DNA of 24,000 nt from Rahnella sp. AA (lineage in GTDB: Bacteria > Pseudomonadota > Gammaproteobacteria > Enterobacterales > Enterobacteriaceae). Shown here piece after piece: positions 17,503-24,000 of this stretch. The DNA is taken from contig NZ_PITQ01000016.1 of the NCBI RefSeq assembly GCF_002834385.1, positions 1 to 24,000 on the forward strand, given 5' to 3'. How positions within the stretch are numbered: position 1 is the stretch's first letter; each line of letters opens with the position of its first letter. The position numbers were made by a program, and so were the translations under genes. Below the pieces are notes generated by a model. That model searched no databases and had not been told where the DNA came from. It worked only from the letters and a program-made list of their open reading frames with translations.

Positions 17503-17514
17503 AAAACTGAAAAC

Positions 17515-18891
17515 TTACAGCCCTAAACGCGCTTTCGCATCGGCGATTGCCTGTGCGACTTGTTGCGGAGAAACACCGCCTTTGGCTGCACGTTTGTCGA
17601 GGCAGGATTGCAGTTCAAGGATCGGATAAACGTCGTCGCCGATCACGCTGCTGAATTTCTGCAAGTCAGCCAGCGTTAAGGCTTCCAGCGCTTTACCTTG
17701 TCTGATGGCTTCAACCACGGCTTCACCGACAATGTGGTGTGCTTCGCGGAACGGCACACCTTTGGCAACCAGATAATCCGCCAGTTCGGTGGAGTTCGCG
17801 TAACCCTGCTGCGCGGCTTCTTTGGCACGCGGGCGTTTCACCTGAATGCCATCCAGCACCAGCGACGCCATGTTCAGGCAATCCATCCAGGTGTCGAGCG
17901 CGTCGAACAGCCCTTCTTTGTCTTCCTGCATGTCTTTGTTGTACGCCAGCGGCAGACCTTTCATGGTCATCATCATGCCGGTCAGCGCGCCCTGAACACG
18001 GCCACATTTACCGCGGATCAGTTCCAGCGCATCCGGGTTTTTCTTTTGTGGCATCAGGGAAGAACCGGATGTCACGCGGTCGGACAAATCAATAAACGCC
18101 GCTTCGCCGGTGTTGAAGAAAATCAGATCTTCGGCGAAACGGGAAAGGTGAACCATGCTGATTGCAGCGTTGGACAGCAGCTCCAGCACGTGGTCGCGGT
18201 CGGAAACGCTGTCGAGGCTGTTGCGGGTCGCAGAAGCAAAACCTAACCAGCCCGCCAGTTGCTCGCGATCCATCGGATACGCGGTACCGGCCAGTGCGCC
18301 ACAACCCAGCGGGCTGACGTCCAGACGGGTCAGGGTATCTTTCAGACGGCTTTCATCACGCGCCAGCATTTCCACATACGCCATACACCAGTGCGCAAAA
18401 GTCACCGGCTGCGCGCGTTGCAGGTGCGTGTAACCCGGCATCACGGCATCCTGATTAGCTTCGGCAGTGGCGACCAGCGCCTGTTGCAGATGATGCAGCG
18501 CATCGCCCAGTTCAACCACCTGCGCTTTACACCACAATTTGATGTCAGTTGCGACCTGATCGTTACGGCTGCGGCCGGTGTGCAGTTTCTTGCCGAGATT
18601 GCCGACTTTGTCGATCAGCTTGCCTTCAACCCAGCTGTGAATATCTTCTGCGTCGCTGGCTAAAATAGCGCGCGGATTGGCACGGACTTCTTCCAGCAGA
18701 ATGTTCAGCGCTTCTTCGAGCTGAACTTGTTCATCAGCGGTTAACACATTCACGGTCACCAGCGCTTTGGACCAGGCGACGGAGCCCACAATATCCTGCT
18801 CTGCCAGCCGGTAGTCGAAACGCAGTGAGTCATTGAGTTCTTTAAACCGCTGATCTGCTGCCTGAGTAAAACGTCCGCCCCAAAGTGCCAT
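17515..18891 (-). CDS. argH: Argininosuccinate lyase ArgH
   Basis: [34 protein letters not shown]... includes the lyase signature [12 protein letters not shown]. At 458 aa it is about the same length as E. coli ArgH. The start is moved to ATG 18891, Met24 of the tracked ORF. Confidence 0.96.
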   Translation of the reverse strand: MALWGGRFTQAADQRFKELNDSLRFDYRLAEQDIVGSVAWSKALVTVNVLTADEQVQLEEALNILLEEVRANPRAILASDAEDIHSWVEGKLIDKVGNLGKKLHTGRSRNDQVATDIKLWCKAQVVELGDALHHLQQALVATAEANQDAVMPGYTHLQRAQPVTFAHWCMAYVEMLARDESRLKDTLTRLDVSPLGCGALAGTAYPMDREQLAGWLGFASATRNSLDSVSDRDHVLELLSNAAISMVHLSRFAEDLIFFNTGEAAFIDLSDRVTSGSSLMPQKKNPDALELIRGKCGRVQGALTGMMMTMKGLPLAYNKDMQEDKEGLFDALDTWMDCLNMASLVLDGIQVKRPRAKEAAQQGYANSTELADYLVAKGVPFREAHHIVGEAVVEAIRQGKALEALTLADLQKFSSVIGDDVYPILELQSCLDKRAAKGGVSPQQVAQAIADAKARLGL

Positions 18892-18993
18892 TTTCCTGCT
18901 CCTGAATTTTTTTATGCAAAAGGGCGCAAACTGCTGCGCCCTGACAAAAGTGTGTACCAAATGCGCCAGACCTTAAATCTGCCGAAGGGCAAA

Positions 18994-19767
18994 CTACGCC
19001 AGAATGCGTGTGCCGATCGCGACGCCGTTAAAGAGTGCCGGTAACTGCTCGGCGTGACGCCAGCTGGCGATATCCACCGGGCGTCCGAGAGAACGTGCGG
19101 CGTCGAGCGCAGCATGAACTTTGACGATCATACCGTCAGTAATAATGCCCTGTTCAATCAGATGTTCAGCTTTCTCCGCACTCATTTCCGGAATGCGCTG
19201 GCCTTTGCCATCGAGAATGCCGCTGACGTCTGACAGCAGAATCAAATCCGCTCCCAGCGTCGCCGCCAGTGCCGTCGCGGCCTGATCGGCGTTGACGTTC
19301 ATCAGCTCGCCTGCTTCGGTGATACCGATAGAGCTGACAATCGGCAGATAGCCCGCAGAGGTCAGGGTATTGATCAGCGCAGGATTGCCCGCTTCGGCTT
19401 TACCGACGAAGCCCAGAGATTCATCCAGTTGAGTTACGCTGACCGTGCCGCCATCAGCCAGAGACAGGCCAACGGCGTTAATGTGGTTTTTCACCGCCCA
19501 CGCCAGCAGGGTTTTGTTCGCGCTGCCCGCCAGTGCGCCGGTAATAATGTCAATCTGATCGGCCGGCGTCACACGCAGACCGGCTTTTTTGACGACAGGA
19601 AGATTTAGCTTTTTCATCAGCTCATCAACCAGGCAGCCGCCACCGTGAACGATCACCAGCGGGCGATGATATTCCTGACGATAAGCCACGACCGCCATGA
19701 ACAGGCGCTCAAGTGCTTCTTCATTATCCAGCAACACACCACCTAACTTGATGACTAACGGATTCAT
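18994..19767 (-). CDS. argB: Acetylglutamate kinase ArgB
   Basis: [23 protein letters not shown]...VIVHGGG...[36 protein letters not shown] is highly similar to E. coli ArgB across its 257 aa. Confidence 0.96.
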   Translation of the reverse strand: MNPLVIKLGGVLLDNEEALERLFMAVVAYRQEYHRPLVIVHGGGCLVDELMKKLNLPVVKKAGLRVTPADQIDIITGALAGSANKTLLAWAVKNHINAVGLSLADGGTVSVTQLDESLGFVGKAEAGNPALINTLTSAGYLPIVSSIGITEAGELMNVNADQAATALAATLGADLILLSDVSGILDGKGQRIPEMSAEKAEHLIEQGIITDGMIVKVHAALDAARSLGRPVDIASWRHAEQLPALFNGVAIGTRILA

Positions 19768-19897
19768 AGCTGTTCGCGCCTCGACCGATTGATTATGTTA
19801 ATTAATAACAATGCGTTTAATTTAATCTACCATCCCTGAACGTCTGAATAAACGCTCAGGGACGCGTGTTTTCTGTTTGCTGACAATCTGAGGATTG

Positions 19898-20902
19898 TTA
19901 AAGCAGGGATTGTGTTTCCGGGAAGCCAAAGCGGATATTCATGCACTGCACTGCCTGCGCTGATGCACCTTTCAGCACGTTATCTTCCGTCGCCACCACA
20001 ATCAGATGCTCGCCTTTCACCGCGAAGCCGATATCACAGAACGGCAGGCCGACCACGTCTTTGAGCGCCGGAACACCTTTGGTGTACAGACGCACCAGCG
20101 GTTTGTCGTGATACGCATTGTGGAAAGCCTCCGCCACATCCTGCTCCGTCACACCCGCCTTCAGACGGCAGGTAATAGTCGCGAGAATACCGCGCGGGAA
20201 GTTACCCAGATGTGGCGTGAAAATCACCGGCACGCCAAGATGCTCGGCGATTTCCGGCTGATGGCGATGGCTGAAAAGTTTGTACGGCTGAAGGCTGACT
20301 TCACAGAAGCTGTTGCCCAGCGTGGCTTTACGCCCTGCACCGCTGACGCCGCTGGTGGCGTTGATCACCGGCCACTGGCTGTCATTGAGCAAACCGTTTT
20401 CGATAAGCGGTTTCAGCGCCAGCTGTGAGGCGGTCGGGTAACAACCCGGCACGGCAATCAGCTGCGCATCTTTTAATTTGTCAGCCTGCCATTCGGCCAG
20501 GCCGTACACGGCTTTGTCGAGCAAATCGAGATGCTGATGCTCAAAGCCGTAAAATTCGGTATAGAACTCAGGTTTGCTGACGCGGAAAGCACCGGACAGA
20601 TCGAACACCACACAACCGGCCGCCAGAAACTGCGGCGCTAAATCGTGGCTGACTTCATGCGCGGTCGCCAGAAACACCACATCGACGCCTTTCGCTGCTT
20701 CCGCCACGTCTTTCAGTGGCAAAACAGGCAGATCGACGATGCCTTTCAATTGAGGGTGCAAATCGGAAAGCAATTTTCCTGCATCTGCACTTTGCGCTGA
20801 AACCGTTAAACCGGTTATGTTCATATGTGGGTGGCGGTTCAGATAGGCCGCGAGTTCAGCTCCGGCGTAACCTGTGGCACCAACAATCAGCGTATTCAAC
20901 AT
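19898..20902 (-). CDS. argC: N-acetyl-gamma-glutamyl-phosphate reductase ArgC
   Basis: [17 protein letters not shown]..., the active-site Cys in AVPGCYPTA, and the same 334-aa length as E. coli ArgC. It is divergent from argE. Confidence 0.96.
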   Translation of the reverse strand: MLNTLIVGATGYAGAELAAYLNRHPHMNITGLTVSAQSADAGKLLSDLHPQLKGIVDLPVLPLKDVAEAAKGVDVVFLATAHEVSHDLAPQFLAAGCVVFDLSGAFRVSKPEFYTEFYGFEHQHLDLLDKAVYGLAEWQADKLKDAQLIAVPGCYPTASQLALKPLIENGLLNDSQWPVINATSGVSGAGRKATLGNSFCEVSLQPYKLFSHRHQPEIAEHLGVPVIFTPHLGNFPRGILATITCRLKAGVTEQDVAEAFHNAYHDKPLVRLYTKGVPALKDVVGLPFCDIGFAVKGEHLIVVATEDNVLKGASAQAVQCMNIRFGFPETQSLL

Positions 20903-20973
20903 AGGGTCTGTTCACCTTCTCAATTTTGGGTAAGGAGCCGGATAATTATTCTGGTTTCCTTACGCACTGGCTT

Positions 20974-21012
20974 ATTGTATTTTTATTCACAATTATTGCA
21001 TGAATATGAATA
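20974..21012. promoter_or_regulatory. Tandem ARG boxes (ArgR operator) in the argE/argCBH divergent control region
   Basis: ATTGTATTTTTATTCACA (20974-20991), a 3-bp spacer, then ATTGCATGAATATGAATA (20995-21012). The first box fits the 18-bp ARG consensus WNTGAATWWWWATTCANW well and the second less well. The reverse strand, TATTCATGCAATAATTGTGAATAAAAATACAATAA, resembles the remembered E. coli argECBH operator. Confidence 0.7.
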
Positions 21013-21037
21013 CTACCCTAACTAAAGGCTGTCAACA

Positions 21038-22189
21038 GTGAAGATGAAATTACCTCCTTTTATTGAGCTCTATCGGGCGTTAATCGCAACCCCTTCCATC
21101 AGCGCAACGGACGCTGCTTTGGACCAGAGCAATGAGACGCTAATCCATTTACTGGCAGGCTGGTTCGGTGATTTAGGCTTCAACGTTGAAGTGCAACCCG
21201 TTCCAGGCACACGCAACAAATTCAATATGTTAGCCAGCACCGGTCACGGAGCAGGCGGCTTACTGCTGGCCGGTCATACCGACACCGTTCCGTTCGATGA
21301 CGGACGCTGGACGCGCGATCCTTTCACCCTCACGGAGCATGAAAATAAGCTCTATGGTTTGGGTACTGCCGACATGAAAGGTTTCTTCGCGTTTATCCTC
21401 GATTCGCTGCGTGATGTCGATCTGACCAAACTGACTAAACCGCTGTATATTTTAGCGACGGCGGATGAAGAAACGACGATGGCCGGTGCCAGTTATTTCT
21501 CCAAAAACGCGAAAATTCGTCCGGACTGCGCAATCATCGGCGAACCGACCTCGCTCAAGCCGGTTCGTGCACACAAAGGCCATCTGTCCAACGCCATCCG
21601 CATCACCGGTCAGTCCGGCCATTCCAGCGATCCGTCGCGCGGCGTGAACGCCATCGAACTGATGCACGAGTCGATTACCCATCTGATGACGTTGCGCAAT
21701 ACGCTGAAAACCCGTTACAACCACAGTGGTTTTGTGATCCCGTATCCAACCATGAACTTCGGTTATATCAACGGCGGCGACGCGCCAAACCGTATTTGTG
21801 CCTGCTGCGAAATGCACATGGATATCCGCCCGCTGCCGGGCCTGACGCTGGCCGATATCAACGGATTGCTTAACGAAGCGCTGGAGCCGGTCAGCCAGCG
21901 CTGGCCGGGGCGTCTCGCCATCGAAGAACTGCATCCGCCGATCCCGGGTTATGAATGCCCGCCGGATCACCCGCTGGTTCAGGTGGTGGAAAAGCTGCTG
22001 GGTGTAGAAACCGAAATCGTTAACTACTGCACCGAAGCGCCGTTCATTCAGGAACTGTGTCCGACACTGGTTCTGGGGCCGGGTTCTATCGATCAGGCGC
22101 ACCAGCCAGATGAATATATTGATACCGCGTTCATAAAACCGACACGCGAGCTGATTTCTCAGGTGGTTCATCACTTCTGTTACCACTGA
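21038..22189 (+). CDS. argE: Acetylornithine deacetylase ArgE
   Basis: [23 protein letters not shown]...[22 protein letters not shown]...[15 protein letters not shown]...ATADEET matches E. coli ArgE (383 aa). GTG 21038 is preferred (AAGG 9 nt upstream; E. coli begins MKNKLPP), with ATG 21044 as the alternative. Confidence 0.95.
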   Translation: MKMKLPPFIELYRALIATPSISATDAALDQSNETLIHLLAGWFGDLGFNVEVQPVPGTRNKFNMLASTGHGAGGLLLAGHTDTVPFDDGRWTRDPFTLTEHENKLYGLGTADMKGFFAFILDSLRDVDLTKLTKPLYILATADEETTMAGASYFSKNAKIRPDCAIIGEPTSLKPVRAHKGHLSNAIRITGQSGHSSDPSRGVNAIELMHESITHLMTLRNTLKTRYNHSGFVIPYPTMNFGYINGGDAPNRICACCEMHMDIRPLPGLTLADINGLLNEALEPVSQRWPGRLAIEELHPPIPGYECPPDHPLVQVVEKLLGVETEIVNYCTEAPFIQELCPTLVLGPGSIDQAHQPDEYIDTAFIKPTRELISQVVHHFCYH

Positions 22190-22219
22190 TCCTGAATCAG
22201 GGTTGATGAAGAAACAATC

Positions 22220-22245
22220 AGGGCGCTTCCGGGCGCCCTTTGATA
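22220..22245 (+). terminator. Probable argE terminator
   Basis: AGGGCGC-TTCCGG-GCGCCCT is followed by a short T run (TTTGAT), 30 nt after the argE stop. Confidence 0.6.
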
Positions 22246-22477
22246 CTGTACAAATGATGGATTAGCCAAACTGATATCGTCGCTGTTGTAATTAAATTTC
22301 AGCGACATCGCCAAAAAGACCATTTTTAACGTGAGTGATCAGGTGTTTTTAGGTTAAAACAGGTGCGGCATTTAAAAAGTATGGCCAGGTTGGCGGGTGA
22401 ACGGGGCATGAATGCCTGACGGGTGAAAGTTATTTACAGAATATAAAAATCAAACGAGAGAACGGGTCAGAGGTGAT

Positions 22478-24000
22478 ATGAACGAACAATATTCCGCAAT
22501 GCGAAGTAATGTCAGTATGTTAGGTAAATTGCTGGGCGACACGATCAAAGATACGTTGGGAGAACATATCCTGGATCGTGTTGAAAAAATCCGTAAGTTG
22601 TCCAAATCCTCACGTGCAGGAAATGATGCTGATCGTCAGGAATTGCTGTCAACGCTGCAAAATCTCTCGAATGATGAGTTGTTGCCTGTTGCCCGTGCTT
22701 TCAGCCAGTTCCTGAATTTAGCCAACGTAGCCGAGCAATATCACAGCATTTCGCCACACGGCGAGGCGGCCAGCAATCCTGAAGCTCTGGCGCAATTGTT
22801 CGATCGTCTGAAATCCAAGAATCTCTCTGAACAACAATTACGTGACGCCGTTGACCAGCTTTCTATCGAACTGGTGCTGACCGCGCACCCGACAGAAATT
22901 GCCCGTCGTACGCTGATCCACAAACTGGTGGAAGTGAACAACTGCCTCAAACAACTCGACCATAACGATCTGGCCGATTACGAGCGCAAACAAATTATGC
23001 GCCGTCTGCGTCAGCTGATTGCACAGTCATGGCACACCGACGAAATCCGCAAGAACCGCCCTTCTCCGGTTGATGAAGCCAAATGGGGTTTTGCCGTTGT
23101 CGAGAACAGCCTGTGGGAAGGCGTGCCCGCTTTTCTGCGTGAACTGAATGAACAGCTGGAAACATCACTGGACTACAAAATGCCAGTGGAATCCGTACCG
23201 GTACGTTTCACGTCCTGGATGGGCGGTGACCGTGATGGTAACCCGAATGTGACCGCCGATATCACCCGCCACGTTCTGCTGCTGAGCCGCTGGAAAGCGA
23301 CTGATCTGTTCCTGCGCGACATTGCCGTGCTGGTATCAGAGCTGTCGATGACAGAATGTACGCCAGAGCTGCGTGAACTGGCGGGGGGGGCGGATATCAT
23401 CGAGCCGTACCGCGAAATTATGAAACAACTGCGTGCTCAGCTGACGAATACCCAGGTTTATCTGGAAGCCCGCCTCAAAGGTGAGCGAGTCGCGCGTCCG
23501 CACGATTTACTGGTGAAAAACGATCAGCTGTGGGCACCGCTCTATGCCTGCTATCAGTCATTGCTGGCCTGCAACATGGGCATCATCGCCAACGGTCAGT
23601 TACTCGATACTTTGCGCCGCGTACGCTGCTTCGGTGTGCCGCTGGTGCGTATCGATGTGCGCCAGGAAAGCACCCGTCACACCGAGGCTATCGCTGAAAT
23701 CACCCGCTATCTGGGGCTGGGGGATTATGAAAGCTGGTCGGAATCGGATAAACAAGCCTTCCTGATCCGTGAACTTAATTCACAGCGTCCGCTGGTGCCA
23801 CGCCACTGGGAACCGAGCGCCAACACCAAAGAAGTGCTCGATACCTGCCAGGTTATCGCAGAAGCGCCGGAAGGCTCTATCGCCGCTTACGTCATTTCTA
23901 TGGCACGTACACCGTCTGACGTGCTGGCCGTACATTTACTGCTTAAAGAAGCCGGTTGTCCGTTCCCGATGCCGGTTGCACCGCTGTTCGAAACGCTGGA
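22478..24000 (+). CDS. ppc: Phosphoenolpyruvate carboxylase Ppc (5' part, truncated by the window end)
   Basis: This is not in the ORF track because it runs off the window. Translation from ATG 22478 gives [49 protein letters not shown]...[18 protein letters not shown]...[17 protein letters not shown]...[18 protein letters not shown], co-linear with E. coli Ppc. GAGG lies 5 nt upstream, and the frame stays open to 24000. Confidence 0.96.
   Translation, partial: MNEQYSAMRSNVSMLGKLLGDTIKDTLGEHILDRVEKIRKLSKSSRAGNDADRQELLSTLQNLSNDELLPVARAFSQFLNLANVAEQYHSISPHGEAASNPEALAQLFDRLKSKNLSEQQLRDAVDQLSIELVLTAHPTEIARRTLIHKLVEVNNCLKQLDHNDLADYERKQIMRRLRQLIAQSWHTDEIRKNRPSPVDEAKWGFAVVENSLWEGVPAFLRELNEQLETSLDYKMPVESVPVRFTSWMGGDRDGNPNVTADITRHVLLLSRWKATDLFLRDIAVLVSELSMTECTPELRELAGGADIIEPYREIMKQLRAQLTNTQVYLEARLKGERVARPHDLLVKNDQLWAPLYACYQSLLACNMGIIANGQLLDTLRRVRCFGVPLVRIDVRQESTRHTEAIAEITRYLGLGDYESWSESDKQAFLIRELNSQRPLVPRHWEPSANTKEVLDTCQVIAEAPEGSIAAYVISMARTPSDVLAVHLLLKEAGCPFPMPVAPLFETL

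Noticed and set aside
18892-18960. N-terminal extensions in the ORF track (argH to 18960, murI to 1099, btuB to 2933, sthA from 8778, M20 peptidase from 13339)
   Set aside because: Alignment with the known protein N-termini and SD placement support the internal starts at 18891, 1054, 2861, 8808 and 13363. The extensions are just upstream in-frame sequence.
21452-22186. 244-aa minus-strand ORF antisense to argE (similar cases at 4990..5619 and 17698..18246)
   Set aside because: These are shadow ORFs opposite conserved, homology-confirmed genes (argE, the GH105/88 hydrolase, argH). None shows independent coding evidence.
22279-22306. Inverted repeat GTCGCTG-N14-CAGCGAC and a direct repeat CGGGTGAA x2 in the argE-ppc intergenic region
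   Set aside because: The stems and repeats are short with a large AT-rich loop, and they match no regulator site I know. They are plausibly chance or part of the ppc promoter, and not enough to call.
1-24000. Scan for CRISPR repeats, IS/transposase, integrase, tRNA/tmRNA, toxin-antitoxin pairs and known defence-system genes
   Set aside because: I saw no regularly spaced direct repeats, terminal inverted repeats or recombinase-like ORFs, and no small paired ORFs outside annotated genes. Every sizeable ORF is accounted for by metabolic or regulatory genes or their antisense shadows.

Overview
This is an Enterobacterales chromosomal window. Gene order and protein sequences follow the E. coli K-12 neighbourhood rrnB-murI-btuB / trmA / yijD-fabR / sthA / oxyR / argHBC-argE / ppc, here in inverted orientation. 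Species cannot be set by eye; divergence from E. coli looks like a Yersiniaceae-type genome. The core features are well supported. They are tandem rrn promoters at the left edge, murI, btuB with its cobalamin riboswitch, trmA, yijD, fabR, sthA, oxyR, argH, argB, argC, ARG boxes, argE and a 3'-truncated ppc. Two accessory insertions interrupt this backbone. (1) Between trmA and yijD sits a two-gene module, a GPH-family transporter plus a GH105/GH88 unsaturated-uronyl hydrolase resembling Dickeya rhiT-rhiN. Upstream of it is an AT-rich region with a KdgR-like operator and a possible small ORF. (2) Between oxyR and argH sits a Prx5-Grx hybrid peroxidase gene in the position oxyS holds in E. coli, behind an ATAG-N7-CGAT-N7-ATAG-N7-CGAT OxyR-type site. 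It is followed by a visibly GC-richer five-gene cluster: LacI-family regulator, M20 dipeptidase, fructose-family PTS IIB, PTS IIC and M24 Xaa-Pro peptidase, with no IIA. This PTS-plus-two-metallopeptidase operon is the best candidate for an uncharacterised system, possibly uptake and processing of a sugar-peptide or sugar-amino-acid conjugate, but that function is inference only. I saw no CRISPR array, IS element, integrase, tRNA/rRNA gene or recognisable defence gene. All homology statements come from by-eye comparison with remembered protein and leader sequences, not from searches.
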